From NCBI GenBank assembly GCA_035193785.1, contig CP136572.1, positions 416,001 through 480,000 of the forward strand: DNA of 64,000 nucleotides, in the 5' to 3' direction. A program made the position numbers and the translations under genes. Shown piece by piece: positions 10,329-23,209 of this stretch. The DNA is from Planktothrix sp. GU0601_MAG3. GTDB lineage: Bacteria; Cyanobacteriota; Cyanobacteriia; Cyanobacteriales; Microcoleaceae. The notes below the pieces were generated by a model. That model worked only from the letters and a program-made list of their open reading frames with translations. It was not told the origin of the DNA and ran no database searches. The stretch's first letter is position 1. Every line of letters starts with the position of its first letter.

Positions 10329-11843
10329 ATGTCAAGTCTTATGATTCAGCAACGCCGTTTTTCCGGGTTATTATTAAATTTTTTGATCACCCTTTCCTTG
10401 AATCCTTTTTTATTAGTTTCCGTAGCTAATTCCCAAACCCTGGCTCAGTGCAAATTATCTCCACAAGCGATCGCCCAGAAAGAAAGTTTACGACAAGCGG
10501 TATTAACGGGAAATTCCGAAGCTGTTAAAAACTATAATACTATTCTAACTCAACACGCGCAACAAGTCAATCAATGTCGTCAACAAATTAATCCTAAAAA
10601 TCAAGCCATTTGGTTAAGATTATATCCCTGTGATACGAGAACTGGAGAAGTTGATCGGATTTTAGATAATATTATTAATAAAGGCTATAACAAGGTTTAT
10701 TTAGAAGTCTTTTATGATGGTCAAGTATTATTACCTGCGGGAAAAAATCCCACCGCCTGGCCAGCGGCTATCCGCACACCTGGCACAGAAAACCAAGATT
10801 TATTAGCAGAAACTATCCAAAAAAGTAGACAACGGGGCTTAAAAGTCTATGCTTGGATGTTTATGTTAAATTATGGCTATACTTACACATTAAAACCCGA
10901 TAAAAAATCAGTTTTGGCGATAAATGGCAAGGGAGAAACCACCACAACGGCAGTCATAGACCAAACTAAAATAGACGAATATGGGGAAAGTTTTGTGAAT
11001 CAAGGGTTTGTTGACCCCTATCATCCCATAGCTAGACAAGATTATTTAACCCTATTAAATACTATATTACAACGTCGTCCCGATGGTGTTTTATTTGATT
11101 ATGTTCGTTATCCTAAAGGGTTAGGAGCGGATTCCGTTGCCTCGAAAGTCAAAGACCTATGGATTTATGGAGAATATGCCCAACAGGCATTTTTAAATCG
11201 GGCTAGTAGTCAGAAAGGACGGGACTTGATGCAGCGATTTTTACAGCAAGGATTTATTACCGAAATTGATGTTAAAACGGTGAATGAAAAGTATCCCGAT
11301 GAAAAGGATAAACCCTATTGGCCCGATGAAAAAGAGTGGAAAACCTTAGCCTCTATTCCCAAGATGGGAGATACTTTACAACTACAATTATGGCGGCTAA
11401 GTGTTGCCCATGCTAGACAGGGAGTTTTAGATTTTTTAACAATAGTAAGTCAACCCGTACAAAGCCAAGGAATTCCAGCCGGAGCGGTATTTTTTCCCGA
11501 AGGAAATCGCAGAATTGGGCAGATGGGATTTGACTCTCGAATGCAGCCTTGGGATCAATTTTCCCCCTCTATTGAATGGCATCCGATGTCCTATGCTGTT
11601 TGTGGTCAAGTCAACTGTATTACGGCTCAAGTGCAGCAAGTTGTAACTCAAGCTCCCCCGGGAACTCAAGTTATCCCAGCCTTAGCGGGAGACTGGGGAA
11701 AATCGATCAAAAATCGCCCTTCTTTACAACAACAAATGGCTGATATTTACGCCACAATTCCGCAAATTAATGCTTTTAGTCATTATGGTTATGACTGGCA
11801 AGATGCTGAAGAAACCCGAGAACGAAAATTTTGTAAACGATAA
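10329..11843 (+). CDS. Secreted family-10-like glycoside hydrolase (GHL10/DUF187)
   Basis: Signal peptide; GLKVYAW, DGVLFDYVRYP motifs. Confidence 0.8.
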   Translation: MSSLMIQQRRFSGLLLNFLITLSLNPFLLVSVANSQTLAQCKLSPQAIAQKESLRQAVLTGNSEAVKNYNTILTQHAQQVNQCRQQINPKNQAIWLRLYPCDTRTGEVDRILDNIINKGYNKVYLEVFYDGQVLLPAGKNPTAWPAAIRTPGTENQDLLAETIQKSRQRGLKVYAWMFMLNYGYTYTLKPDKKSVLAINGKGETTTTAVIDQTKIDEYGESFVNQGFVDPYHPIARQDYLTLLNTILQRRPDGVLFDYVRYPKGLGADSVASKVKDLWIYGEYAQQAFLNRASSQKGRDLMQRFLQQGFITEIDVKTVNEKYPDEKDKPYWPDEKEWKTLASIPKMGDTLQLQLWRLSVAHARQGVLDFLTIVSQPVQSQGIPAGAVFFPEGNRRIGQMGFDSRMQPWDQFSPSIEWHPMSYAVCGQVNCITAQVQQVVTQAPPGTQVIPALAGDWGKSIKNRPSLQQQMADIYATIPQINAFSHYGYDWQDAEETRERKFCKR

Positions 11844-11980
11844 TAATTAAGATTATTAATTATAAAAAATACCTGAATTTTTTGGGGGATAGGGTGACTT
11901 ATCGGTATCAAGTTAACCTTAACTGTGGTTCGGATGTGATCAATAACGCTATAATTGTTTTATCAATTGGAGTTAATTTT

Positions 11981-12839
11981 ATGAAAAGTGCAGAACCTCA
12001 AGCTGGTTTAACAAGTATTTTTTTGGGAATTGCCTTAGCCATATTAGCCCTAATTTCGGTCAATTCTTTTGTGATTATTAATCCGGGTCAAGCGGGGGTA
12101 TTAAGTATTTTAGGGAAGGCTCAAGATGGGGTATTATTAGAAGGAATCCATTTTAAACCCCCCCTGGTTTCTGCGGTTGATATTTATGATTTGACGGTGC
12201 AGAAATTTGAAGTTCCGGCTCAAAGTTCTACTAAAGATTTACAACAATTATCGGCGAGTTTTGCCATTAACTTTAGGCTTGACCCGGTACAGGTGGTGAG
12301 AATTAGACGAGAAACAGGGTACTTTACAAAATGTTGTTTCTAAAGTCGTTGCTCCCCAAACCCAAGAATGCTTTAAAATTGCAGCAGCAAAACGAACTAT
12401 TGAAGAAGCCATTACCCAACGGGAATTATTAAAATCGGACTTTGATGAAGCTCTGAATGAACGATTAGATAAATATGGAATTATTGTATTAGATACGAGT
12501 GTGGTTGATTTGGCTTTTTCTCCTGAATTTGCCAAAGCGGTTGAAGAAAAACAAATTGCTGAACAACGAGCCAGACGGGCGGTTTATATTGCTAAAGAAG
12601 CCGAACAACAGGCTCAAGCTGATATTAACCGAGCTAAAGGAACAGCCGAAGCTCAACGGTTATTAGCCGAAACCTTGAAAGCAACGGGAGGACAATTAGT
12701 GCTACAAAAAGAAGCGATTGAAGCTTGGAAACAGGGCGGTTCGGAAATGCCCAAAGTGTTAATTATGAATGGGGATAATAAAAGTATGGTTCCCTTCTTA
12801 TTTAATTTAGGAAATCTGGCAGAAATGAGTTATGAATAA
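11981..12839 (+). CDS. SPFH/prohibitin family protein (apparent frameshift at 12311)
   Basis: EGIHFKPP, STKDLQ, FAKAVEEKQIAEQ. Confidence 0.9.
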
Positions 12840-12964
12840 CCAAAATTTCTGAATAATTAGTAGGGGCAATTCGTGAATTGCTCCTACATGGAGTATAATT
12901 ATACTAGATTCCTGTGAATTAATTGCTTCGGCTAAAATCATCTATTTTTAATCCCTTAACACTT

Positions 12965-14913
12965 ATGTCTATTTTTACCTTACAATCTGTTAAAAAAGAA
13001 TTTGGAACTAAAGAAATTCTCCGAGATGCCAACTTTAGTTTAGATGGAACGGATAAAGTCGGTTTAATTGGAACCAATGGGTCGGGAAAATCGACGCTAT
13101 TAAAAATGATTGCGGGACAAGAATCTGTTGATGCAGGGCAACTTTGGGTTAATCCCAGGGCAAAAGTCATCTATTTACCCCAACAACCTAATTTAGATGA
13201 AAACCTCACGGTTTTAGAACAAATTTTTGCCGATAGTGGCGAACAAATGCACCTAATTCAAGAGTATGAAGACCTCTCCCACAAATTAGCAAAACATCCC
13301 GAAGATTCCCAACTGTTAACGCAATTTTCCCAAGTCATGCAAAGAATGGATGCGACTAATGCTTGGGAGTTGGAAAATAAAGCTAAAATTATTTTAACCA
13401 AATTAGGAATAGAAGATTTTGATACTCCCATTCGCCAGTTATCGGGGGGATATCGTAAACGCATTGCTTTAGCAACGGCATTATTAGTAGAAACCGGATG
13501 TTTTATTAATGGATGAACCTACCAACCATTTAGACGCGGCTTCCGTGGAATGGTTACAGGATTATTTGAAAAATTATCGCGGTGCTTTATTATTAATTAC
13601 CCATGACCGCTACTTTTTAGACCAGGTAACTAATCGAATTTTAGAATTAGACCAGGGGGATTTATTTACCCATGCAGGAAATTATTCTTATTTTTTAGAA
13701 AAGAAAGCGGAAGCCGAGGATATTGCTGTTAGTCAACAACGTAAACATCGGGGGGTTTTGCGTCGGGAATTAGAGTGGTTAAGACGGGGGCCAAAAGCCA
13801 GGAGTACCAAACAAAAAGCCCGGATTCAAAGGGTTGAAGGGCTACAAGACATGGAGTTTAAACAAGTCCAGGGGAAAGTTGAAATTTCCATCCCCGGTCG
13901 TCGGATTGGGAAAAAAGTTATTGAATTAAACCATGTTTCTAAATCCTATGATAATCGCCCTTTAATTCAAGATTTTACCTATAGTTTTAATCCCGATGAA
14001 CGTTTAGGAATTATTGGGGGAAATGGGGTAGGAAAATCAACTTTATTAGATATGATTACGGGTAAAATCAAACCCGACGAGGGCATATTAGAAATTGGGT
14101 CAACCATTCATATCGGTTATTTTGACCAACATTCGGAGGATTTGTTGGCGGCGATGAATGAAAATCAGCGCGTGATTGATTACTTAAAAGAAGTGGCAGA
14201 ATTTGTAAAAATTGCCGATGGAACCCAGATTACAGCCTCGCAAATGTTAGAGAGGTTTTTGTTTCCTCCCAATCAACAATATTCTCCCTTAAATAAACTT
14301 TCCGGGGGTGAAAAACGACGGTTATTTTTATTACGGGTGTTAATGAGTGCGCCCAATGTGTTGATTTTAGATGAAACCGACAAATGATTTAGATGTTCAA
14401 ACATTATCGGTTTTAGAAGATTATTTAGAGGATTTTAATGGTTGTGTAATTGTGGTTTCCCATGACCGCTATTTTTTAGACCGGACAGTAGAGAAAATTT
14501 TTGCTTTTGAATCCGGGGGAACTTTACGACAATATCCGGGGAATTATTCGGTTTATTTAGATTATAAAAAAGCGGAGGAATTAGAGTTAAGTCGTCAAGG
14601 GGTGAAAGCTGAAGAAAAAACCCTCTCTGCGGGTGCGGGTACAGATTCCGAAAAGTCTCAACGGTATTCTTGGGATAAAAGCGGACAACGAAAATTATCT
14701 TCTAAAGAAAAGCGAGAATATGAAAAGTTAGAGATAAAAATTGCTGAACTAGAAGGGAAAAAAGCTCAATTAGAACAGAAATTATATTATGCACCTCCGG
14801 GGGCGGTTTCTAACGTTCAAGACTTGCATCAACAGGTGGAAAATATTATCATAGAAATTGATAATGCCACGGAAAGGTGGTTAGAATTAGCAGAAATTGC
14901 GGCTTCTAACTAA
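12965..14913 (+). CDS. ABC-F family ATPase, Uup-like (apparent frameshifts at 13490 and 14373)
   Basis: Two Walker A motifs, two LSGG signatures, DEPTN motifs, C-terminal coiled coil. Confidence 0.92.
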
Positions 14914-14915
14914 TT

Positions 14916-15932
14916 CTAACTAATAATATCAGGAGGGGTTTTAATAGAACGCAAAAACGCCGCACTTTCTTCTGGTAAAGCCGTATTAATATACATTCCA
15001 CTGCCTAATTCAAATCCGGCGGATAAAGAAACCCTGGGAATTAATGCAATATACCAATGGGAATAATCGGTGCGTTGTTCGGCGGTGGGAATGGAACGAA
15101 TAGTATAATTATAATCGGGATTATTTAACCCGTAGTAAAGTTTAGCTAGAACATTTTTTAAGGTTTTAGCTAAATCAAAGATTTCCACATCTGTAATTTC
15201 ATCAAAGGAGGAACTATGACGACGGGGAAAAATCCAAGTATGAAAAGGAGAAAGGGCGGCATAGGGAATAAAAGCCACAAAATGTTCACTGGTAAAAATA
15301 ATCCGTTCCTGGGCCTGTAATTCCTCCTCCAAAGTGCGACAAAAAATACATTCTCCGGTATCATCATAATAGCGAATTGCTTCTCTGGAGCGGTCACGCC
15401 ATTGATAGGGAACAATGGGAATTGCGGCAATTTGGGAGTGAGGATGTTCTAAAGAAGTTCCCGCTCCTTGACCATGATTTTTAAAGATAATAATAGTTTC
15501 TACCCGAGCATCTTGGCGAATTTCAATATAACGTCGGTGGTAAACTCGAATCACATTTGCTATATCTTTAATTTCCATTAATGCCATTGTTAAATCATGG
15601 CGAGGATGCTCAATCACAACTTCATGAAACCCAAACCCGGATAAGGCGTGAAAAATGCCATCGGTTTCTCGGACTCTTTCACCTTCAGGAGATAAAGCAG
15701 GATACTTATTAGAAACAACGCGAACTTGCCAGTGTAAATCATCGGATAACCGCAATATTTCTCGACTTCCAGTTAATAATTCATTCCCGGGGCAAAAGGG
15801 GCAATTAGAACGATAATGAGGAGTAGGAATTAGTTGGGTTTCGGTTTTAGCAAATTCGTCGGGTCGTTTAGCTCTTTCGGTAGCAATAATTACCCAATCT
15901 CTGGTGATTAGATTCTGTCTAAGTTCGGTCAT
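14916..15932 (-). CDS. galT: Galactose-1-phosphate uridylyltransferase
   Basis: CPFCPGNE, HPHSQ catalytic motif. Confidence 0.92.
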   Translation of the reverse strand: MTELRQNLITRDWVIIATERAKRPDEFAKTETQLIPTPHYRSNCPFCPGNELLTGSREILRLSDDLHWQVRVVSNKYPALSPEGERVRETDGIFHALSGFGFHEVVIEHPRHDLTMALMEIKDIANVIRVYHRRYIEIRQDARVETIIIFKNHGQGAGTSLEHPHSQIAAIPIVPYQWRDRSREAIRYYDDTGECIFCRTLEEELQAQERIIFTSEHFVAFIPYAALSPFHTWIFPRRHSSSFDEITDVEIFDLAKTLKNVLAKLYYGLNNPDYNYTIRSIPTAEQRTDYSHWYIALIPRVSLSAGFELGSGMYINTALPEESAAFLRSIKTPPDIIS

Positions 15933-16068
15933 ATAGCAGGGAATAGGGAACAGGGAATAGGGAACACCGGAACATTGCAGGAAAAGGTTTGAGTATCAGT
16001 CTTTGTCCTAACTGCGCGGGCGCATTTGCTATTTTATCGCAAATATTATGAGAAATAAAAATAATTGA

Positions 16069-17113
16069 TTATTTTTTGTTGCTGTTTAAACCTCTTTTTG
16101 TTCCTAGATAAACGGCAAAACTTCCTAACCAATGACTGCCGCCATAGAAACTACCAGATACGGGATTCAACCCAACTTGGTGATGAAGATTTGCTAGGGT
16201 TTTTAAAGCGGGTATGCGGGTATCTGTGGGTAATAAACCCGATATTATCCCTTCTAACATCCAGGCGCGACTCAAGTTTAACCCATCAAAATGAGATTGT
16301 CCGTAATCCTCGGGATTATTAATAATAATCGGAGAAAACCAATCGGTTTCCAACTTTTGGGGAAGTCCGGGTAAAAAAATAGTTAACCATTCTGCAAACT
16401 CAGAAACTAGGGAGAACTCGGCGCATTAAATCCGCTTCTGCTAGACAAGGCGAGAGAAAATCATCACCCAATGGTTCACAATGGAGGGAATAATTATAGT
16501 CATGGTAATAGAATTTTTGGATTTTATATGCAACTTCTTCTAATAATTGTTGATGCCGAGTTAGGGTTGCCCAATCCCAAATTAATCCTAAAGCAAAAGC
16601 CGTTTGATTATGTAATCCGGTGCGGTTGGGATAGGATAAAGTTAATAACCATTGATGAATATTGTTAATAATAACGGTTTCTAATGGTTGTAAATATTCT
16701 AATAAAATTTTACCTTGTTCGTCTTCCCATTCAGTCAGTTCGGCTGTTAATTGTAAAAACCAAGCTAACCCATAGGGACATTCAAATCGGGGCTGAGATT
16801 GTAAAAAATTAGCTTCTATTTTAATATGTTCTGGGGTGATATTTTGAGTTAAAACATCTCTAGCAGAGGACACAAAATCCCCATCGGGAAAATATTTAAT
16901 TAACCGAGTTAACATCCAATGGTTATGCACCGCCGAATGCCAATCTAAACAGCCATAAAAGGCGGGATTTAGTTGTCGATGGGGAATTAAATCCCGGGAA
17001 CTTTCTAACCAATAATATTGAACATGAGGGTATTCTTGAATAACACATTGTAAGCCAAATTGAGCAAATTGACTGGCTAAATTTACCGAAAATATTTCTA
17101 ATTCTAAATTCAC
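16069..17113 (-). CDS. DUF2891-type protein (apparent frameshift at 16403)
   Basis: FYGCLDWHSAVH, HFDGLNLSRAW, HWLGSFA. Confidence 0.8.
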
Positions 17114-17203
17114 GATTTTTTAAGTTAATTTATGCTATGGCAATCCTATTTGAGTTGTATCAATTAAATAGGGAATAGGGAATAGGGAATAGGGAAATTG
17201 GCA

Positions 17204-17869
17204 TTATTTAGGACTTACTGAAGGTGTTTGAGTTGGTTGAGGTGTTTGGGAAGGTTGAGGTGTTTGGGGAACTTCTGGGGGCAATTTCCACTCCTCCAGA
17301 GAACGATTAACAGTCGATAAAATATCATTAGAAATGACTAAAATAGTTACTTCTTTTGTAGAAAGTTGAGGGGAATCAATTTGAGCATATAAAGAATCTC
17401 CGCGAAAATCATTTTTCCCTAAACTTAATTTGTGGATAGTATTATTTTTGAGTTTAATTTCTATTTTATCCGTAACCGTATCTAAGCCATAATCCTTAAG
17501 TTTATCTGTAGAAACCGTTAATTTCTGAATCCCTGAGTTAATATCCGAGGGATTACTTTGATTTTTAAACAGTTCCCTGAGCAAATAATCTACCGAAGCA
17601 GGATTAGCTAAAAATTGTATTGGGGCTGTAATTTTCCAAGGAGATTTTTTCAACTCATCGGCGCTAGTCACCCGTTCCAAAGTAACTGTTTGTTGGGAAG
17701 TTGTAATAGTAAAAGATTGAATTTCATCCTTGGGAAAAGAAAAAATTTGTTGTTGTTTAGCTTGAATTTCTTGCTGTTGAGTTTTTCCCTGAATTTCAAA
17801 TATATAAACTGCCCCGGTCAAACCCAAGGATAAACCCATTAAAATTAATGTTGAACGTTGAAATTTCAT
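17204..17869 (-). CDS. DUF4340-type membrane-anchored protein
   Basis: N-terminal TM helix; W.ITAP....AN; L.DYGL. Confidence 0.7.
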   Translation of the reverse strand: MKFQRSTLILMGLSLGLTGAVYIFEIQGKTQQQEIQAKQQQIFSFPKDEIQSFTITTSQQTVTLERVTSADELKKSPWKITAPIQFLANPASVDYLLRELFKNQSNPSDINSGIQKLTVSTDKLKDYGLDTVTDKIEIKLKNNTIHKLSLGKNDFRGDSLYAQIDSPQLSTKEVTILVISNDILSTVNRSLEEWKLPPEVPQTPQPSQTPQPTQTPSVSPK

Positions 17870-17977
17870 CAGTTATTAGTTATCAATTATTAATTATCAA
17901 TTATTAATTATTAATTACCAGTTATCAGAAATATTAACCCTTACACTGATAACTGATAATTGTTTACTGATAACTGA

Positions 17978-19325
17978 TTATTCCGTGGGCGTAGGATCAA
18001 AACGCTCGATTTTAGCACCCAATTGTCGGAGTTTAGCTTCCAATTGTTCATAACCCCGATCCAAATGTTTTAATCCTTGAATCGTCGTTTCTCCTTCGGC
18101 GGCTAAGGCTGCGAGAACCAATGCAGCAGAAGCGCGTAAATCCGTCGCCGTCACCGGAGCACCGGAAAGCAAAGGAACACCGCGGACTAAAACCGTATTC
18201 CCTTTAACCCGAATATCAGCACCCATGCGACTAAGTTCAGGAACATGACCAAAACGATTTTCAAACACCGTTTCACTGATCAAACTATTGCCTTGACACA
18301 GCGTTAATAGTGCCATAAAGGGGGCTTGCATATCCGTGGGGAAGCCGGGATAGGGTAGGGTCTCAATATCCGTCGCCTTTAGCTGTTCTCCAGCCAGAAT
18401 ACTTAAATGGTTTAGCCCTTCCATGCGGATTTTGACACCCATGGCTTTCAGTTTGGCCAGTACGGGAGTTAAATGTCCTGGAATAATGGGGGAGAGGTTG
18501 ATTTCAGAACCCGTAATCGCCCCAGCTATTAAAAAAGTTCCAGCCTCTATTCGGTCAGGAATAATCGAATAATCCGCAGAATGCAGACTCGGAAACCCCA
18601 GAAATGATAATAGTTTTGCTGCCAGCCCCATGAATTCTGGCTCCCATCGCCCGGCAGAAGTTCGCTAAATCAATGACCTCCGGTTCTTGAGCCGCATTTT
18701 CAATAATGGTTTCCCCATCCGCTAGGGTAGCCGCCATCATCAAAGTTTCCGTCGCCCCAACACTGGGATAATCCAGATAGATGCGAGCGCCCTTGAGCCG
18801 ACGGTTACCCCCGGCGACATGGGCATGAACAACGCCATGCTCGATGTGTACTTCCGCACCCAGGGCTTGAAGTCCGCGAACATGAAGATCCACAGGTCTA
18901 GCTCCAATGGCACATCCCCCAGGCAAGGGAACCCGGGCTACCCCTAAACGGGCTAATATTGGGCCAATAGCAAAGAAACTCGCCCGTAGTTGGCTCACCA
19001 ATTCATAGGGGGCCTGTGATTCTGATAACTCCCCCGCCTTAATGTCGATGATGTCACCCTGGCGGTCAATTCTGACACCCAGGGTCATGAGAATCTCACT
19101 CATGCTATTTACATCAGCCAAAGAGGGAACATTCCGTAGGCGGCAATCTTCGGAACAGAGTAATGCACCCGCCATTAGGACTAAGGCAGAATTTTTAGCT
19201 CCACTAATCGGAACATGACCTTGCAGGGGTTGACGTCCCCAAATTTTGAGGCTGGACTGGTTAGCGTGGGACGCAGTTGAAATATTCGATGAATGTATAG
19301 CTAGTGTAATGGGTCTATCCTCCAA
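17978..19325 (-). CDS. murA: UDP-N-acetylglucosamine 1-carboxyvinyltransferase (apparent frameshift at 18592)
   Basis: [40 protein letters not shown]. Confidence 0.96.
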
Positions 19326-19543
19326 AAATTGGTTGTAAGTTTACTTTACCTATATTTTTTGTTCTGATTCTACCGAAAAGATTCTAAATGTCTAGGGGTT
19401 AGACAAATTTCATGTTCCTGATAAACCCGAAATCATGCTTGGGGTGGGTTTTATAGGAATATCGTTCTTGGTATACCAAAATTCTTATCGATTTTCAAAT
19501 CCAGTGTAAAAATCTAATTAACACTTAGGAAAAATCAGAATTT

Positions 19544-20630
19544 ATGGAAATCGGTATTCCCAAAGAAATCAAGGATCAGGAATTTAGGGTGGGCTTGAAT
19601 CCTGATAGTGTCAGGGTTTGCACGGAAAGGGGTCATCAAGTTTTTGTAGAAACAAGTGCCGGGGAGGGTTCAGGGTTTAGCGATCGCGATTATACAGGAG
19701 CCGGAGCTACAATCGTTAATTCTCCGACCGATGCCTGGAGTCGGGAACTTGTGGTTAAAGTCAAAGAAACCTTTACCCGCCGAATATGGCTTAATTCAAA
19801 AAAATCAACTGTTGTTTACCTATCTCCATCTGGCCGCTAATCGGGAACTCACCGAGGAATTAATGCAAAGTGGTGTCCATGGAATTGCCTATGAAACCGT
19901 AGAACTTCCCGACGGTCGATTACCTTTATTAACGCCCATGAGTATCATCGCCGGGCGTTTATCAATTCAGTTTGGCTCCCGTTATTTGGAACGACAACAG
20001 GGCGGCAGAGGAGTTCTTTTAGCTGGAATTCCCGGAGTCAAAGCCGGAAAAGTTGTAATTTTGGGCGGTGGTATAGTTGGGACTGAAGCCGCCAGAATTG
20101 CTATCGGAATGGGAGCAACGGTGCAAATTTTAGATTTGAATTTGGATCGATTAGCTTATTTAGAAACGGTGTTTGGTTCGAGTGTAGAATTACTCTATAG
20201 TCATCCCTCTCAAATTGAAGAAAGTGTTCCTGAAGCTGACTTATTAATTGGTGCGGTTTTAGTCCTAGGAAAACGCGCTCCTAAATTAGTTTCTCGTGAT
20301 TTAGTCGCCAAAATGCGCCCCGGTTCCGTGATTGTGGATGTGGCGGTGGATCAGGGGGGATGTATTGAAACCCTACGTCCGACCTCCCACACCCATCCCA
20401 CTTATATTCAAGAAGGTGTCGTTCATTATGGGGTTCCCAATATGCCTGGAGCCGTGCCTTGGACAGCAACCCAAGCCCTAAATAATAGTACCTTACCCTA
20501 CGTTATTCAGTTAGCTGATCAAGGACTCAAGGCTTTAGAATTAAATCCGGTTTTAGCTAAAGGATTAAATGTGAAAAATCATCATTTAGTTCATCCGGCT
20601 GTTAGGGAAGTTTTTCCTGATTTAGTTTAA
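19544..20630 (+). CDS. ald: Alanine dehydrogenase (apparent frameshift at 19766)
   Basis: IGIPKEIK, FTYLHLA, DVAVDQGGC, VPNMPGAVP. Confidence 0.96.
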
Positions 20631-20667
20631 TTCCCATGCTGGGCGAGGAGACCTCGCCCTATAACCC

Positions 20668-20936
20668 CAGGGCTGTTTCATTCTCCGGGAAACCAGGGTT
20701 TTGTAGGGGTAGTGCCCCTGTGCCTACCCTCCTACCCTCCCCATCCCCGATTTACAGGCGTTTCAGGGATTGGGGCAACCACGGGGGATTGGGGCAACCA
20801 CGGGGGATTGGGGCAACCACGGGGGGATTGGGGCAACCACGGGGGGATTGGGGCAACCACGGGGGGATTGGGGCAACCACGGGGGGATTGGGGCAACCAC
20901 GGGGGGATTGCCCCTACAAAGAATGAAACAGCCCTG
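20668..20936. mobile_element. MITE copy 2 (opposite orientation) with 7 internal ~20-bp repeats
   Basis: Same TIR; flanks CCTATAACCC and CCTACAAACC (8/10 match). Confidence 0.85.
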
Positions 20937-20937
20937 C

Positions 20938-21852
20938 CTACAAACCTACTTGTTTTAAAACCGTTAAAGGATTATAGGATTTAAGTGCTTGCAGTTGTTC
21001 GGAATTTTTTACTAATAAACCCCCGGCAAATCCTAAAGAATTAATGGAAATTCCCTCGAATTTTTCTTGAGATCGGGGAACAATCATCATCCAATTTCGG
21101 GTAGCTAATAAATTATAAGCCCCGGATTGAAAGGGATTATCTCCAACGGATAAACCGACTTTTGCTAATAGCTCAAAATATAATTCTAAGGTAAAAATGG
21201 CTGCTTCTGATGGGTGGTTAATCCAGTCGGGGTTAAAGGAAGCGATCGCATGAACAAAAGGAAATTCAGGAATGATCCCGATGGAATTATTAAACTGTAT
21301 AGAAGCGATCGCGGGTTCAATCGGAAGATTTATGCCATCTGGAACTAATGGAAAAGGAACTAATTGTAAATGTTTATGCCGTTGACTCGCCCCGGCTAAT
21401 TTTCCCCCATTATAAAAAACTAAACCATCAATTTCTGCTAAACCCAGCCACATTGCGTCAAAATCCGCTTGAGTTAGCCAGGTTTCCTGTGCTTCAAATT
21501 GTCGGGTAATTATCAATAAATGATGATCAACAACATTAAATTTATTCAGTAAACATAAATGGGTTTCTGATAAATTGCCAACAAATAAATTCTGTTCATA
21601 GGGCAGAAACGGATTAAATTCTTCACCGGATTTAGCTAATTTTTTTTGCTGTTTTTTCTGAGCTTTCTGCTTCCGAGCTAAGTTAGACAGAATTCTCACC
21701 AAAAAGCGAATATTTCCCGTCTCTATAAAATCATAATCCGTTGGAATTGATGCCAATGCACCACAATTGATCGCATATTCGGTTTGAGTAATTATTCGTT
21801 GCCATAATGTCCCCGACGGTAACATCAAGTTTGCAGGTGTTGTACTGATCAT
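20938..21852 (-). CDS. ATP adenylyltransferase / Ap4A phosphorylase
   Basis: NPFLPYE, LLNKF, FYNGG..AGASQRHKHLQ. Confidence 0.88.
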   Translation of the reverse strand: MISTTPANLMLPSGTLWQRIITQTEYAINCGALASIPTDYDFIETGNIRFLVRILSNLARKQKAQKKQQKKLAKSGEEFNPFLPYEQNLFVGNLSETHLCLLNKFNVVDHHLLIITRQFEAQETWLTQADFDAMWLGLAEIDGLVFYNGGKLAGASQRHKHLQLVPFPLVPDGINLPIEPAIASIQFNNSIGIIPEFPFVHAIASFNPDWINHPSEAAIFTLELYFELLAKVGLSVGDNPFQSGAYNLLATRNWMMIVPRSQEKFEGISINSLGFAGGLLVKNSEQLQALKSYNPLTVLKQVGL

Positions 21853-21879
21853 TTGAACAATAGCTATGATTTAATAGTT

Positions 21880-22516
21880 TTAAAAATTCAGAGGATTTAA
21901 GGGTTTAGGAATTAGGTTAACTTTAGCTTTAGGTTTCCAGTCATATTCCATATATTGGGCTGTTTTTAAAGCCTTACTATCCCCCAAAAGTTTAGCCACA
22001 ACATAAAGAGACATATCAATTCCCGCCGAAATTCCCGCCGCCGTAATAATTTTTCCATTATCAACAAATCGTTGATTATCAACAACCGTGGTTTGGGGGG
22101 CCATCGCCCGTAGTTGATCTAAAGCCAGATGATGAGTTGTCGCCACTAAACCATCTAATAAACCCACTTTTGCTAATAGTAAAGCCCCCGTACAAACTGA
22201 TAAAATTAACTCGGCATGATATCCTTTAGATTGAATCCAGGCTAGAATTTGCAGTTGATTCAGAGCCTCTCTAGTCCCTATACCACCCGGAATAATAATA
22301 ATATCGGGAGGCGGGCTATCTAATAGGGTACAATCGGGATTAAAACTCAAACCATAATGGGATTGAAACTGCATTTAAAGTTTCCGCTACCAGAAACACA
22401 TTAAAAGGTTTCTCCTCATTAATTTCTGATGTAATAGAAAATACCTCAAAAGGGCCGATAAAATCCAATAGTTGCACCCCATTAAAAATTAAAATAGCAA
22501 CATTTGTTTGAGTCAT
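21880..22516 (-). CDS. DJ-1/PfpI family protein (apparent frameshift at 22365)
   Basis: LDFIGPFEVF, IPGG, SVCTGA, TAAGISAGID. Confidence 0.9.
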
Positions 22517-22554
22517 GGGTCGGTAATCCTAAACGAAAAGGGATAAAATAAAAT

Positions 22555-22929
22555 ATGTTGAAAAAGTGTCTTAGGCTCCCAAATATTATTCTGGTTATTC
22601 TGATCACTCTAGCAATTATACTGGGTGGGAATAATTTAACTTTAGCACAGGGTTCGGCCACTCAGCTTGAATATCGGATGAGTCGATTAGAAGCACAGGT
22701 ATCTCAACTGATTGGACAGATTAATAGTCTGCAATATCAAACTTCAGGTACAACGGTAATCCAGGTTAAACCCGATCCCACAAATCCGGCTCCCGAACTC
22801 AGAAATCCTTTGATTTCCGGTGATCCCATGTTTGATCGGTTAGCAACATTAGTGATTGAAACCAAACAAGATGTCCAAGAACTTCAGAAACAAATGGCGG
22901 AGTTAAAAGCACAATTAGAAACTAAATAA
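22555..22929 (+). CDS. Secreted coiled-coil hypothetical protein
   Basis: Signal peptide; DPMFDRLATLVIE motif. Confidence 0.7.
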   Translation: MLKKCLRLPNIILVILITLAIILGGNNLTLAQGSATQLEYRMSRLEAQVSQLIGQINSLQYQTSGTTVIQVKPDPTNPAPELRNPLISGDPMFDRLATLVIETKQDVQELQKQMAELKAQLETK

Positions 22930-23209
22930 TTCCGGGTTAAAATTAGTAATCCCATAATTCATAAAAAAATAGGTGCTGCCATGATCTGAGGAGCTAAAGA
23001 TGTTCTCCTCATCTTAGAAGATTGATCAGAAGCAGCACAGTCTTTAAAAATTGATGATGTTTAAATTACACAATGATACCGAAATAGTAAGCGGCAACTA
23101 AAAAGTTAATTCCTAACAGAAGAATTGCCCAAAATGCACGAAAGGTATAAGAGCCGCTGGATTTTTGAGTTTTGGTAGCCATATTTGGTTCCTAAATACA
23201 ATTATTCAA

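Noticed and set aside
20636..20984. Overlapping Gly-rich ORFs (also 3749-4066, 42198-42482, 54937-55217)
   Set aside because: Translations of MITE, STRR and tandem-repeat DNA
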